This document shows positions 37,277 to 48,167 of a stretch of 64,000 nt of DNA, one piece after another. Origin of the DNA: an uncultured Gemmatimonadales bacterium (lineage in GTDB: Bacteria; Gemmatimonadota; Gemmatimonadetes; Gemmatimonadales; GWC2-71-9). Positions within the stretch are counted from its first letter, which is position 1; each line of letters starts with the position of its first letter. Made by a program: the position numbers and the translations under genes. The stretch is taken from NCBI GenBank assembly GCA_963825065.1, contig CAWGRU010000011.1, forward strand, positions 24,666 through 88,665. Direction: 5' to 3'. The notes beneath the pieces were generated by a model, which saw only the letters and a list, made by a program, of their open reading frames with translations, made no database searches and had not been told where the DNA came from.

Positions 37277-38815
37277 TTACTTCGCGGCGGCCGTCACGAT
37301 CTTGGCGTAGCTTTCCGGCACCCAGGTCGGACGCTCCGCCGCATTGGCCACCTCCTGCCCGAGGTAGAAGAGCAGCTTCAGGATCCGGGCCTCCTTCTCG
37401 CTTTCGAGCCGATCCGGCGAGTCGGTAACCTGATGGTAGTCCGGGTGCGTCCCGTTGAAGAAGAACAGGATCGGCACACCCTTCCGCGCGAAGTTGAAGT
37501 GGTCGGAGCGGAAGTAGAAGTTCTCTTCCGGCCACCGGTCGTCGATGGCGGTCATGTTCAGCTCGGGATGGGCGGCGTTCACCCGGGCGAGCGTCGGGCC
37601 GAGACTGGAATGCTCCCGGCCGATGGCCACGATCGTATCCTGCCAGTTCCGGCCGATCATGTCGATGTTGAGGTCGGCCACGACTTGCGAGAGCGCCACG
37701 GGCGGGTGCGCCGTGAAATACGAACTCCCGAACAACCCCTTCTCCTCGCCACTCACCGTCAGGAAGATCATCGAGCGCTTGGGCCGCGCGCCCTTGTGGC
37801 TGAACGCCTCAGCCAGCTCCATCACGCCCACCGTTCCCGACCCGTCGTCGTCGGCCCCGTTGCAGATCGTGTCGCCGCCGCGGGCCTGGCACTGCCCGCC
37901 ACCGGCGGTCCCCACATGATCCATGTGGGCGGAGAAGACGACGAACTCGCTCTTCAGCTTCGGGTCGGTGCCCTCGAGCATCCCGACCGTGTTCGGCGCG
38001 GTGGCCGATTGCAGCACGGAGTCCTTGAGTCCGAAGCCGACCACCAGGTCCGGGAAGTCGCGGATGACGGCGGTTCCCGAGGCTCTGATCTTGTCGGGGC
38101 TGATGCCGGCCGCCGCCAGCGCGTCTCCCAGCGCACGCTGATGCACTTCGACGATCGGCGCGTCCTCGCCGGTGCCGTCCACCCCCACCCGGACCTGGGC
38201 CTGGCTCGCCACCCGCTGGGCAAAGGTCGCGGAGTCACGATTCGAGAGCAGTACCACCCCGGCGGCGCCGCCCTTGATCAGCGCGCCGACGGCCTGCTGC
38301 AGCACGGGCGAGAGCGGCTTGCTGTAATCCATGACCACAATGACCGCTTTGCCCTTCGCGTCCGCCCGTTCCGCATCCTCCGCCGTGTAGCTCCCGCCAA
38401 CCAGCAGTACGGGGGCGTGGACCTCGTGCGCCGGGACTCCCCCGAACGCGAAGCGGGCGTCACTGGCCAGCGAGACCTGGACGTGCTGCCCCCTGATCAT
38501 GAACCCGAGGTGTGAGGCGGGGACATCGATCTTGCGGCGGGAAATGGTGTAGCGCTGGAACCAGGTACCGTTCTCGCCGGCGGGCTTGAGACCGAACCGC
38601 TTGAACTGGTCCGCGACGTACTGCGCGGTCTTCTCCAGGCCCGGACTCGGCGTGTCGCGCCCCATCATCGAATCGTCGGCGATGACGTTGATCCGCCGCT
38701 GCACGTCGGCCTGGGTGATCGTCTGCGCGGCGGACCGCAGCGCGGGGGCGGTCTGGGCCGCGAGGGTCGAGGCGGTGGAGCAAGTGGCGAGCAGGCTGAG
38801 AATGAAACGGCGCAT
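37277..38815 (-). CDS. M28-family aminopeptidase with PA domain, secreted
   Basis: Signal MRRFILSLLATCSTASTLAAQ. Zinc-ligand blocks FSAHMDHVG, NGADDDGSGT, VSGEEKGLFGS and HPDYHQ. Confidence 0.8.
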   Translation of the reverse strand: MRRFILSLLATCSTASTLAAQTAPALRSAAQTITQADVQRRINVIADDSMMGRDTPSPGLEKTAQYVADQFKRFGLKPAGENGTWFQRYTISRRKIDVPASHLGFMIRGQHVQVSLASDARFAFGGVPAHEVHAPVLLVGGSYTAEDAERADAKGKAVIVVMDYSKPLSPVLQQAVGALIKGGAAGVVLLSNRDSATFAQRVASQAQVRVGVDGTGEDAPIVEVHQRALGDALAAAGISPDKIRASGTAVIRDFPDLVVGFGLKDSVLQSATAPNTVGMLEGTDPKLKSEFVVFSAHMDHVGTAGGGQCQARGGDTICNGADDDGSGTVGVMELAEAFSHKGARPKRSMIFLTVSGEEKGLFGSSYFTAHPPVALSQVVADLNIDMIGRNWQDTIVAIGREHSSLGPTLARVNAAHPELNMTAIDDRWPEENFYFRSDHFNFARKGVPILFFFNGTHPDYHQVTDSPDRLESEKEARILKLLFYLGQEVANAAERPTWVPESYAKIVTAAAK

Positions 38816-38913
38816 CGGCGACCCTGGCTGAAGGAATCCGGGCACGGGAAGCGGAAAAGATAGCGCCCGGCCGCACAGGTACGGACGGGCGCCAGAAGGG
38901 GTTTCGCATGCGA

Positions 38914-40449
38914 CTATGGACGGCGCCGCCGCAGTTGAGGTTCGCCGGTGCTCCGTGGCGGTGGGGCCTGGCGCGGTTCCGCGCGAGGCCGCTCGGGGGG
39001 CGCCTGGCGAGCCGGATCGCCGCTGGGCTCGCGCCGGCTCGGCTCCCGCTGCGGCTGCGCATCGTTCGGCCGAGCCGACTGCTCGGGGCGGTCGTCGCTG
39101 GAGCGCTGCCGCGGGCTGTTGTACCCGCCATTCGAGGGAACTTCGCGGGTGTTGCCCGGATCCCGGCTCCGATCGGGGTCGGTGCGCCGAGGCGAGTCGT
39201 TGTTGCCCGATGACGGCACCTCCCGGGTGTTGCCCGGCTCGCGGGTCCGATCGGGAGCGTTGCGACGAGGCGAGTCGCTGCTGCCCGATGACGGCACCTC
39301 CCGGGTGGTGCCCGGCTCGGGTGTCCGATCGGGAGCGTTGCGACGAGGTGAGTCGCTGTTGCCCGTCGACGGCACCTCGCGGGTGTTGCCGGGCTCGCGG
39401 GTCCGATCAGGAGCATTGCGGCGATTCGGCTCGCTGCGACCTCCGTCATCCGGTGTCCCGCGGCCATCCGGGGCCGGCTGGCGGTTTTCCTGCGTCCGCC
39501 GCCGCTCGGGGTTCACGCCTCCACGGTCGCTGCCCTCCGGGGCCCTGCGCCGGGGAGAGACTGGGGCGGGAATGGCGCCACGTCCACCGATGTCGGCACT
39601 GGTCCGGTCACGTTCGATCCCGGAGCGCCGGCCATCCGAGTCACCCCGGGGCCGCTCGGCCACCCGGGTGATATAGTCGTTGCGGGGGTCCGCGTCCTTG
39701 AAGACGTAGCGCGGGCCAGGCCGGTAGGGCCGCACGATCACGCCACCCCCGTTGTAGTAACGGTAGGGGTAGTAGTACCAGTCGTTGTACACCACGATCC
39801 GGAACCGGGAGCAGTACGAACTGTACGGGTCCCACGCGCGCCAGCTGGTGTAGGTATGGCAATCGTAGCAGACGAACCGGGGATAGTCGTATCGCTTCTC
39901 CACGTAGTATTGCGAAACGTCGTAGTCGTAGTCCCCTTCCTGGGAGATCCTGTCCGCGATGTCGCTGACGGTGACGTAGGGATCGCCGCGCACCCGGCCG
40001 TCGGAGATCGTGTGGTAGTCCCAGTGGTCGCCGCGAATGATGTCGTCGTAGTTGAACGGGTCCTCCGCGGCGATCGCAAAGACGTATCCCACACCGGGAT
40101 AGTCGTCAATGCGGAAGGCCTCGTCCCGGTCACGGCCGAGCACTTCAAAGGTCTTGCCGCCACGGGCAAAATTGTCTTCCCAGGGATCGATCGGAAACAG
40201 GACGCGCATCCGTCCGTCGGTATCAATCCGGACGATGGTGACGTAGGCGTCGCGGTCGCTCTTGAAATAGACCCGCGCCTGGTCACCTCGATTGTACACA
40301 TCGTCCCGGTTGAGCCAGACGTTGATGCGCGGGCGGTCGGCGTCGGTGCCGCGGACCCAGCGCGCGATCAGCTCGCTCGGCGCGGGGTCGGAAGGCGGGG
40401 CGACCGGCGCGGAGAGCGCGACCAGCGCCAGGGTCAGGGCAGTCAGCAT
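38914..40449 (-). CDS. Secreted DUF4384-domain protein with Tyr/Trp-rich middle region and an Arg/Pro/Asp-rich tandem-repeat tail
   Basis: AGGAGG lies 4 nt upstream of the ATG at 40449. Signal MLTALTLALVALSAPVAP. DUF4384-like block VYFKSDRDAYVTIVRIDTDGRMRVLFP. C-terminal 26-aa repeats TREVPSSGNxDSPRRNAPDRTREPGN. Confidence 0.65.
   Translation of the reverse strand: MLTALTLALVALSAPVAPPSDPAPSELIARWVRGTDADRPRINVWLNRDDVYNRGDQARVYFKSDRDAYVTIVRIDTDGRMRVLFPIDPWEDNFARGGKTFEVLGRDRDEAFRIDDYPGVGYVFAIAAEDPFNYDDIIRGDHWDYHTISDGRVRGDPYVTVSDIADRISQEGDYDYDVSQYYVEKRYDYPRFVCYDCHTYTSWRAWDPYSSYCSRFRIVVYNDWYYYPYRYYNGGGVIVRPYRPGPRYVFKDADPRNDYITRVAERPRGDSDGRRSGIERDRTSADIGGRGAIPAPVSPRRRAPEGSDRGGVNPERRRTQENRQPAPDGRGTPDDGGRSEPNRRNAPDRTREPGNTREVPSTGNSDSPRRNAPDRTPEPGTTREVPSSGSSDSPRRNAPDRTREPGNTREVPSSGNNDSPRRTDPDRSRDPGNTREVPSNGGYNSPRQRSSDDRPEQSARPNDAQPQREPSRREPSGDPARQAPPERPRAEPRQAPPPRSTGEPQLRRRRP
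39137..39448 (-). repeat. Four tandem copies of a 78-bp coding repeat
   Basis: Unit starts at 39137, 39215, 39293 and 39371 (ggcacctcccgggtgttgcccggctcgcgggtccgatcgggagcgttgcgacgaggcgagtcgctgctgcccgatgac). The central copies are near-identical and the outer copies more diverged. Confidence 0.9.
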
Positions 40450-40649
40450 ATGGCCTCCTGGGACATCAGAGTGGACAGCCCCCGCGTGAGCAGGCCGTAT
40501 GCCAGCCGTCGCGATTCGGTGAAGATCTTGCAGAATAAGCACTTAGCGGCGTGGCGCCCCGGGGGGCTCCGCCTCCGGTCGTCCCGGATTCAGTACAGTG
40601 GAGCAGCGCGTTGACTTCAAGCGGCCAGTCCCGGTACGTTGCGGCCCCC

Positions 40650-41573
40650 ATGACGGCTCCCGCCGCAGCCTCACGCCCCCGCCTCGACCTGCTCGACCCG
40701 CATGAAGCGGCCCGGATCGCGGGCCTCGAACTGCTGACCGAGGGAGTGGTCGAGGGCTTTCTCACGGGGCTGCACCGCTCGCCCCGCCGCGGCTTCTCGG
40801 TCGAATTCGCCGAACACCGGATGTATCAGCCGGGTGACGAGTTGCGGTACGTCGACTGGAAGCTGCTGGGGCGCAAGGACCGGCTCTACGTCAAGCAATA
40901 TGAAGAAGAGACCAACCTTCGCGCGATGCTGGTGACCGACGTCAGCCGCTCGATGGCCTGGACCGGCGACCCGAGCCGGGTGCTGTCCAAGCTCGACTAC
41001 GTGCAGCGCCTCGCCGCGGCGCTCGCCCTCCTCCTGATCCGGCAACGCGATGCGACCGGCCTGATCGCCTTTGACGACGCTATCCGCGCCATCGTTCCGG
41101 CACGGGCGCGGCCGGCGCACTGGCACCGGCTTGCCGCGACCCTCGGCGGGCTCACGCCAGGGATGGGTACGGCGGCCGAGCCGGCGCTCCGCCGGGTGGT
41201 GGATCTGCTGCGGCGCCGGGGCCTCGTGGTCTTCATCTCCGACTTGCTCCTGGAGCGTGAGCTTGCGCTCCGCGCGCTGAAGTTCCTGCGGCACCGTGGC
41301 CACCAGGTCATCGTGCTGCACGTGATGGACCCGGCGGAACTCGAACTCGGCGGGCCGGCGGAGGCGAGGTTCGAAGATCCGGAGACCCGTCAGGGAGTGA
41401 CGCTCCGGCCAAAAGACTGGGCCGCAGCCTACCGGGCAACAGTTGCGGGAGTGGTCAACGGGTGGCGGCGCGCCTGCCGGGGGAGCGGCATCCACTACCA
41501 TCACATCCTCACCGACACGCCGTTCGGGCTCGCGCTGCGGCGCGTCGTAAGCCGGCCGGCCGGACTCGCGTGA
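40650..41573 (+). CDS. DUF58 domain protein (MoxR-system-type vWA-like)
   Basis: HRSPRRGFSVEFAEHRMYQPGDELRYVDWKLLGRKDRLYVKQYEEETN is the classic DUF58 block. Start set at MTAPAAASRPRLDL. Confidence 0.8.
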   Translation: MTAPAAASRPRLDLLDPHEAARIAGLELLTEGVVEGFLTGLHRSPRRGFSVEFAEHRMYQPGDELRYVDWKLLGRKDRLYVKQYEEETNLRAMLVTDVSRSMAWTGDPSRVLSKLDYVQRLAAALALLLIRQRDATGLIAFDDAIRAIVPARARPAHWHRLAATLGGLTPGMGTAAEPALRRVVDLLRRRGLVVFISDLLLERELALRALKFLRHRGHQVIVLHVMDPAELELGGPAEARFEDPETRQGVTLRPKDWAAAYRATVAGVVNGWRRACRGSGIHYHHILTDTPFGLALRRVVSRPAGLA

Positions 41574-43357
41574 TCGGATTCCTCCATCCCTGGGTGCTGC
41601 TCGGCCTGCCGCTGGCGGCGGTGCCGCTGGTCTTGCACCTCATCCAGCGACGCGATCCGCCAACGGTGGAGTTTCCCGCGGTCCGGTACCTGGTACAGGT
41701 GACGCAGGAGCACCAGCGCCGTCTGCGGCTGCGCCACTGGCTGCTGCTGCTGATCCGGACCCTCCTGATCCTCGCACTGCTGCTCGCCGCGGCGGCGCCG
41801 TCCGCGCCGCTCCGCGAGGCGGTGAGTCATACCCCGAGCGCGCTGGTACTCGTGGTCGACGACTCACCGTCCAGCGGAGCGATCTCAGCCGGGACGTCCC
41901 GGCTGACCGAACTCCGCAGCGCGGCTCGTCGGGTACTCGAGCAGGCCACCCCCGCCGATGCGCTGTGGCTCCTCACCAGCGACGGCGTCGCGCGACGCGG
42001 CGGGCCGGCCGACCTCGCCAGGGCCGTGGACAGTCTGCAGCCGACGGCGCGACGACTCGACCTGGGCGAGGCGATCACCGCAGCCGACGCCGTCCTGCGC
42101 ACCGACGCCCGGCCCGGCAGCATCGTGGTCCTGACCGATCTGCAGGCCACCGCCGTGTCGCCCGCGCGACCGCGGGGCTCCGTCCTCATCGCGCGGCCCG
42201 CGGACGAGGCCCCGCCCAACACCGGCGTGGCCCGCATCGACGCCGGTGCCCAGCCGTGGACACCCGAGGGCGGGGGGGTGACGGTCTCGCTGGCGGGAGA
42301 TTCCGGCGCCCCGGTTCCGGTCTCGGTATCGCTCGGGGAGCGCCCGGCGCGCCAGGCGCTGATCGCGACCGGCGGGGCGGGAGTGTTCGCCCTCTCCGGC
42401 GCCGGCCCCGGCTGGTGGACGGTCCGTGCGAGCAAGACGCCGGATGAACTTCGCGCCGACGATGACGGAATCGCGCTGGTGCGGATCGCGCCGGTGGCCC
42501 GCGTGGCCTGGGACGCGAGCGACCGTTACGTGAGCACCGCCTGCGACGTGCTCGAATCGAGTGGTCGCCTGCGCCGGGGAACCGATCTGACCCTGGGCAC
42601 GCTCGGTGGCGGTCCGTCCATCGTGGTTCCGCCAGGCGATGCCGCGGCGATCGGCGCCCTCAACCGCCTGCTCGAGCGGAGGGGCGTCGCATGGCGGTAC
42701 GGCTCGCTGGTGACCGCTCCCGGCATCAGCGACAGTGGCGCGCTGGTCGGGCGCGAGCAGGTGGCCCGCCGCTACACCCTGGAGCCCCTCCGGCCCAGCG
42801 CTGCTCCGGGGGTGGTGGCGACGGTGGGAGGCGCGCCGTGGATCGTCCGCTCGGGAGCTGTCGTCCTGCTGGGAAGCCGCCTGGATCCTGCGTGGACGGG
42901 GCTGCCGCTGTCGGCGCGCTTCGTCTCGTTTCTCGATGCGCTGATCAATCGAACGGCACGGGGACAGCTTGCCCTGCTGAGCGGAACGCCGGGCGATGCC
43001 GTGCTGCTCCCCGATCTGGCCACCGAGGTGGCCCAGGGTGAGCGCCGCTGGACAGTCGAAGGGGGCGCCGCCTTTCATCCTCCGATGACGGGGGTGTTCT
43101 ATCTGCTCGCCGGAGGCGACACCGTCGGCGGCCTCAGCGTGAATCTCGACCCGCGTGAATCGCTGCTCGCTCCGATGGCTGACGGCCAGGTCGAAAGCCT
43201 GTGGCCCGGCAGCCGCGTGGTAGGACTCGCCCAGGCGCCGGGCGCGGCGTTCGCCGGGGCGGGGCGGGCCAGCCTGCAGGGGCCGATGCTCTGGCTCGTG
43301 CTGCTGCTGGCGCTGAGCGAGGTCGCGCTCGCCAGCGGACTCCGGCGGGGGACATGA
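41570..43357 (+). CDS. BatA-type N-terminal double-TM domain protein
   Basis: (M)IGFLHPWVLLGLPLAAVPLVLHLIQRRDPPTVEFPAVRYL, a second TM helix LLLLIRTLLILALLLAAAAP, and a C-terminal TM helix. GTG start overlaps the DUF58 stop (GTGA). Confidence 0.7.
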   Translation: MIGFLHPWVLLGLPLAAVPLVLHLIQRRDPPTVEFPAVRYLVQVTQEHQRRLRLRHWLLLLIRTLLILALLLAAAAPSAPLREAVSHTPSALVLVVDDSPSSGAISAGTSRLTELRSAARRVLEQATPADALWLLTSDGVARRGGPADLARAVDSLQPTARRLDLGEAITAADAVLRTDARPGSIVVLTDLQATAVSPARPRGSVLIARPADEAPPNTGVARIDAGAQPWTPEGGGVTVSLAGDSGAPVPVSVSLGERPARQALIATGGAGVFALSGAGPGWWTVRASKTPDELRADDDGIALVRIAPVARVAWDASDRYVSTACDVLESSGRLRRGTDLTLGTLGGGPSIVVPPGDAAAIGALNRLLERRGVAWRYGSLVTAPGISDSGALVGREQVARRYTLEPLRPSAAPGVVATVGGAPWIVRSGAVVLLGSRLDPAWTGLPLSARFVSFLDALINRTARGQLALLSGTPGDAVLLPDLATEVAQGERRWTVEGGAAFHPPMTGVFYLLAGGDTVGGLSVNLDPRESLLAPMADGQVESLWPGSRVVGLAQAPGAAFAGAGRASLQGPMLWLVLLLALSEVALASGLRRGT

Positions 43358-46300
43358 CCCTCTCGCTGCTGCTGGACGCCTTCGAGCGGACCGCTTTCGC
43401 CTTCGACCTCCGGGATCGGCTGCCTGCGCGTGGCCTTCACCTGGCGCTCGGTGGTCTGCCCGGCTCCAGCCCCGCGGTGATGCTCGCCTGGCTGGCCCGG
43501 ACCTTCCCCGAGCGCTTCTTCACCGTGGTCGCGACCACCCCGGCGGATGCCGAGCGCTGGCTCACCGACCTGCAGAACCTGACCGATCTTCCGGTGGCGC
43601 TGTACCCGCAGCGTGAGTCGCTCGGGGAGGACGAGCCCCACTATGAAATCGCCGGCGAGCGCGCGGAAACCCTCTCGGGCCTGCTCGAGGGACGGCTGCG
43701 CATCCTGGTCACGACCGCGCGGGCCACCGAGGAGCGCACCCGGGTGGCGGCGGGCCTGCGCGAGTCGACCCTCCGGATTCGCCCGCACGCGACCTCCGCC
43801 TCGAGAGGGCCGGGCAACGGCGGGTCCGCGAAGACGACGCTCTCCGGGATCGCCGACGCGCTCGACGGCATGGGATACGAGCGGGTCCCCACCGTGACCG
43901 AGGTCGCCCAGTTCAGCGTTCGGGGTGGCATCATCGATGTCTACGGATTCGGGATGGCCAACCCCGCGCGGCTGGAATGGTGGGGTGACGATCTCGAGTC
44001 GATCCGGATCTTCGACCTGACGAGCCAGCGGTCTGGCGAGCCGCTGGACGAGATCACCGTCCTGCCTTTGAGCGGGTCGGCGACCCGGCGGCCGTCCGCC
44101 GCGGGGACGACGGACCCCGCGCTCCGGCAGAGCATCCTCGAGTTGCTGCCTACCGACGCGCTGATCGTCGAGGACTCCGCCACCGCCAACCAGGAGGAAG
44201 TCGCGCGGGCTTGGCGGGAGGCGGCGCACCACCTGGAGGTGGCGCGTCGGCTCGGCGAGGAAGTCTCGGCGCGGGAGGATCTGTTCGAGCCGCCAGAACC
44301 GTGGTCGCGGCGCGTGGGCGGCTTCGCGCGGATCTCGGTTCGCGATCCCGCTCCTGCACTAAACGCGGGGTTCTTCCCGCCGGAACCGGTCGAGCGCGAC
44401 ATCCGCCGGCTGCGCGGGATGCTGGCAGGGGAGATTCCCTCCCTGATCCTGTGCGACAACGAGGGCCAGCTCGAACGCCTCGACGAGCTGCTCAACGAAG
44501 GCAGCAGCCGGGTGAACGCCACGCTCGCGATCGGCGCGCTCGATGGCGGCTTCGTGATGCGGAGCCTCCGGGTGTTGACCGACCATGAGATCTTCCGCCG
44601 GGCCCGCCGGCTCCGCCGCGCCCGGCGCTACCGGCAGGCGGCGCCCACCGCGGCAACGGGCCAGCTGCAGGCCGGCGACTTTGTGGTCCATCTCGAACAC
44701 GGCATCGGCATCTACCGCGGGATCCAGACGATCACGGTGGGCGAGTCCACGCTCGAGGTCGCAATCGTCGAGTACGAGGGCGGCGACCGGCTCAACGTGC
44801 CGCTGTACCGGCTGGATCAGCTGGAGCGCTACCGCGCCGCCGGGGACGACGGCGATCAGGCCCCTCCCCGGCTGCACAAGCTGGGCGGCACCACCTGGCA
44901 GCGGGTGCGGGACAAGACCCGCCAGGCGATTCGCGAGATGGCGGCGGAGCTGCTCGACCTCTACGCCCGCCGCAAGGTCAGCGCCGGGTACGCCTTCCCG
45001 CCGGATACCAGGTGGCAGCGGGAGCTGGAATCCGCCTTCCTCTACGAGGACACCCCGGACCAGCGCAAGGCGACCGAGGCGGTGAAGCGGGCCATGGAGC
45101 AGCCGATCCCGATGGACCTGCTGCTGGTCGGCGACGTCGGTTACGGCAAGACCGAGGTGGCGGTGCGGGCGGCGTTCAAGGCGATCCAGGGAGGCAAGCA
45201 GGTGGCCGTGCTGGTTCCGACCACGATCCTCGCCGACCAGCACGCCCGCACCTTCAGCGAACGGCTGGCCGATTTCCCGGTGAAGGTCGAGGTGCTGTCG
45301 CGGTTCCGGACCCCGAAGGAGCAGAAGGGGGTGCTGGAGCGGCTCGCCCGCGGAGAGATCGACGTCGTGATCGGCACCCACCGCCTGCTCTCCCCCGATG
45401 TGGTGTTCAAGGACCTTGGCCTGCTGGTGGTCGACGAAGAGCACCGCTTCGGCGTCAAGCACAAGGAACGGCTCAAGACCCTGCGGCTCACCGTCGACGT
45501 GCTCACGCTTACGGCGACCCCGATTCCGCGGACCCTGCATCTCTCGCTGGCGGGGCTGCGCGACCTGGTGCTGATCGAGACGCCCCCGCGCGACCGGTCG
45601 CCGATCCTGACCTTCGTGGAGCCGTGGGATGACGGGCTGCTCGAGGAGGCCTTTGCGCGGGAGCTGGATCGGGGTGGGCAGGTGTTCTTCGTGCACAACC
45701 GCATCGAGACGATCGCAACCATCGCTGCCCGGGTGCGCACCCTCGCCCCGCGGGCGCGGGTCGCCGTCGGTCATGGGCAGATGGCGGCGGATGACCTCGA
45801 GGAGGTGATGCGCCGCTTCGTGTCCGGGGAGGCCGATATCCTCGTCTCCACCATGATCGTCGAGTCGGGCCTCGACGTCGCCAACGCCAATACGATGGTC
45901 GTCCACGATGCCCACCGGTTCGGGCTGGCCCAGCTCTACCAGCTGCGAGGGCGGGTCGGCCGCAGTCACCGGCGGGCGTACTGCTACCTCGTGGTTCCCG
46001 ACCTGATCGACAGAGATGCGGAGGATCGGCTGAAGGTGCTGGAGCACCACACGGACCTCGGGGCGGGATACCGGATTGCGCTCAAGGACATGGAACTGCG
46101 CGGCGCCGGCAATCTGCTGGGGCAGGAACAATCGGGGCACGCCCATGCAGTCGGGTTCGACCTCTACCTGCGCTGGCTGGAGGAGACCGTGCGCGCGCTG
46201 CGGGGTCAGGTGGGCAAGGGCGACCGCCCCGCGCCGCCGGAAGTGGTGCTCGACCGCCCGGCGCACCTGCCGGACGACTACGTGGCCTCGGACGACGTGA

Positions 46301-46689
46301 AGCTCGACTTCTACCGCCGACTGGCGCGGGCTGCGACCTCTGGCGACATTCCACCGCTTCGCGATGAGCTGCGCGAGCGCTTCGGCCCACTGCCCGAACC
46401 GGCCGAGATGCTGCTCAACATGGCGCGGCTTCGGGCGGTCGGCGCCGAGCTCGGCCTGCAGCACCTCCTGGTGCGCGGCGACGAGGCGCGGCTCACCTTC
46501 CGCGAAGGCGCGGCACCCAGATTCGCGGGTCTCTCCGCCGCGCTCGACCACGTGCAACTCGCGGTGGAAGTGCGACGCACCGTCCCGCTGGCGCTGCGAC
46601 TGACGCGGCTCGGTGGTGAGGCGATCGTGCCGGCTCTGGTCCGGGCGCTCGATCTGGTCGCCGAGAAGCAGGGGACCGCAGCGAATTAG
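43354..46689 (+). CDS. mfd: Transcription-repair coupling factor
   Basis: UvrB-homology N-terminus. RNAP-interaction block [14 protein letters not shown]. Helicase motifs [30 protein letters not shown] and [12 protein letters not shown]. The ATG overlaps the upstream stop (ATGA). Confidence 0.93.
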   Translation: MTLSLLLDAFERTAFAFDLRDRLPARGLHLALGGLPGSSPAVMLAWLARTFPERFFTVVATTPADAERWLTDLQNLTDLPVALYPQRESLGEDEPHYEIAGERAETLSGLLEGRLRILVTTARATEERTRVAAGLRESTLRIRPHATSASRGPGNGGSAKTTLSGIADALDGMGYERVPTVTEVAQFSVRGGIIDVYGFGMANPARLEWWGDDLESIRIFDLTSQRSGEPLDEITVLPLSGSATRRPSAAGTTDPALRQSILELLPTDALIVEDSATANQEEVARAWREAAHHLEVARRLGEEVSAREDLFEPPEPWSRRVGGFARISVRDPAPALNAGFFPPEPVERDIRRLRGMLAGEIPSLILCDNEGQLERLDELLNEGSSRVNATLAIGALDGGFVMRSLRVLTDHEIFRRARRLRRARRYRQAAPTAATGQLQAGDFVVHLEHGIGIYRGIQTITVGESTLEVAIVEYEGGDRLNVPLYRLDQLERYRAAGDDGDQAPPRLHKLGGTTWQRVRDKTRQAIREMAAELLDLYARRKVSAGYAFPPDTRWQRELESAFLYEDTPDQRKATEAVKRAMEQPIPMDLLLVGDVGYGKTEVAVRAAFKAIQGGKQVAVLVPTTILADQHARTFSERLADFPVKVEVLSRFRTPKEQKGVLERLARGEIDVVIGTHRLLSPDVVFKDLGLLVVDEEHRFGVKHKERLKTLRLTVDVLTLTATPIPRTLHLSLAGLRDLVLIETPPRDRSPILTFVEPWDDGLLEEAFARELDRGGQVFFVHNRIETIATIAARVRTLAPRARVAVGHGQMAADDLEEVMRRFVSGEADILVSTMIVESGLDVANANTMVVHDAHRFGLAQLYQLRGRVGRSHRRAYCYLVVPDLIDRDAEDRLKVLEHHTDLGAGYRIALKDMELRGAGNLLGQEQSGHAHAVGFDLYLRWLEETVRALRGQVGKGDRPAPPEVVLDRPAHLPDDYVASDDVKLDFYRRLARAATSGDIPPLRDELRERFGPLPEPAEMLLNMARLRAVGAELGLQHLLVRGDEARLTFREGAAPRFAGLSAALDHVQLAVEVRRTVPLALRLTRLGGEAIVPALVRALDLVAEKQGTAAN

Positions 46690-46727
46690 CGGCAGGCAGG
46701 TTCTACCGGGATCTCACTGGAGTATCC

Positions 46728-48167
46728 ATGCAACGTTGGTCGATGGTGATGCTGGCGCTCGTCCTGGCGGGGTGCGCCAGCCTCAAGGACATGTTCTCCG
46801 CGCGGCCGGAAATCGTCGCCGAGGCTGCCGGTCAGCAGCTCAAGGTGGAACGGCTGGCCAAACTGATGACCACGATCAAGGGTGTCCCGCTCACGCGCGA
46901 GTCGGCGGGTTTCATCGCCGGCATGTGGGTCGACTACACCCTGTTCTCCCAGGCGCTGGCGTCGGGGCGCGATCTGACGGATTCCGCCACCGTGGCCGCG
47001 GCGGCGTGGCCGGAGCTGGCGGAGGCGCTGGGTGCCGTCTGGCACGACTCCCTGATCAGCACCCGCGCGCCGCTGATTCCTTCGGTCGCCGACAGCATCT
47101 ACCAGGCGGACTCGGTGCGGGTGCTGCAGCACATCCTGGTGAAAGTCGCGCAGGGTGCCACACCGGCGGCGCGCGCGACCGCCCAGCGCAAGATCAGCCA
47201 GATCGCCGCCCAGCTGAAGTCCGGTGCGAACTTCGCCAAGCTGGCCGACAAGGAAACCGAGGATGCCGGGACCAAGGGCGCCGGCGGCATGCTCCCGCCG
47301 TCGCCGCGCGGCAAGTACGTCACCGCCTTCGACAGCGCCGGATGGACGCTGGCGCCCGGCGCCATGACCGGCGTGGTGGAGACGCCGTTCGGCCTGCATA
47401 TCATCCGGCGCCCGCCGGCGGTCGAAGTCCGCGACAAGCTGCTGGAGTATGCCCAGACCCTGGCCGGGCAGCGGCTCGACTCCATGTACCTCGACAGCCT
47501 CGGGGGGCACAAGCACCTGAAGATCGCGGGCAATGCGCCCTCGAAGATGCGTGATGCGCTGGCCAATCTCGACGGCAAGCGCAGCTCCACCGATGCGCTG
47601 GGGACCTACGACGGCGGCAGCCTCACGGTGCACGACTTCGTCCGCTGGGTGACGGCGCTCGGGCCGTCCTGGTCGGCGGACCTCGCGGGCCGCCCCGACA
47701 GCATGCTGACGCAGTTCGCGCAGCTCATCGCGCGCAACAAGCTGCTGCTCGCGCAGGCGGATTCCGCCGGCGTCACCATCTCGGCCGACGAATGGGCCGG
47801 CATCCGGGGCCGCTTTGTGGGTCAGGTCGACACCCTGAAGCTGGTGCTCGGACTGGCGGATTCGAGCCTGACCGCCTCCGCCTCCACACCGCAGGAGCGC
47901 TCCAGGGCCGTCGCGCTCAAGCTGGAGACCTTCTGGGATCAGATCGGCACGGGGCAGTCGCGGCCGCGTCCCATCCCCGGCCAACTCTCGACCGTGCTTC
48001 GGGCCAACGGCGGCTATCGCATCGATGAGGCGGCAATCGCCCGCACGGTGGAACTGGCGACCGCGCTGAAGGCGACGGCGGATTCGGTGGCGAAGGCCAA
48101 CGCCTCCCGCCCGCGCGGACCGGCGCCGGGGGCCCAGCCGACCGCCCCAGCCCCGAGGACCCAGTGA
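46728..48167 (+). CDS. Parvulin-type peptidyl-prolyl isomerase lipoprotein (SurA/PrsA-like)
   Basis: Lipobox MVMLALVLAGC. PpiC domain ..VLQHILVKV..GANFAKLADKETEDAG..GVVETPFGLHIIRR. Confidence 0.75.
   Translation: MQRWSMVMLALVLAGCASLKDMFSARPEIVAEAAGQQLKVERLAKLMTTIKGVPLTRESAGFIAGMWVDYTLFSQALASGRDLTDSATVAAAAWPELAEALGAVWHDSLISTRAPLIPSVADSIYQADSVRVLQHILVKVAQGATPAARATAQRKISQIAAQLKSGANFAKLADKETEDAGTKGAGGMLPPSPRGKYVTAFDSAGWTLAPGAMTGVVETPFGLHIIRRPPAVEVRDKLLEYAQTLAGQRLDSMYLDSLGGHKHLKIAGNAPSKMRDALANLDGKRSSTDALGTYDGGSLTVHDFVRWVTALGPSWSADLAGRPDSMLTQFAQLIARNKLLLAQADSAGVTISADEWAGIRGRFVGQVDTLKLVLGLADSSLTASASTPQERSRAVALKLETFWDQIGTGQSRPRPIPGQLSTVLRANGGYRIDEAAIARTVELATALKATADSVAKANASRPRGPAPGAQPTAPAPRTQ

Noticed and set aside
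39137-39448. The regular 78-bp repeats considered as a possible CRISPR array or satellite.
   Set aside because: The repeats are directly adjacent with no unique spacers, lie in-frame inside a long ORF, and encode a conserved 26-aa peptide unit. They are a coding tandem repeat.
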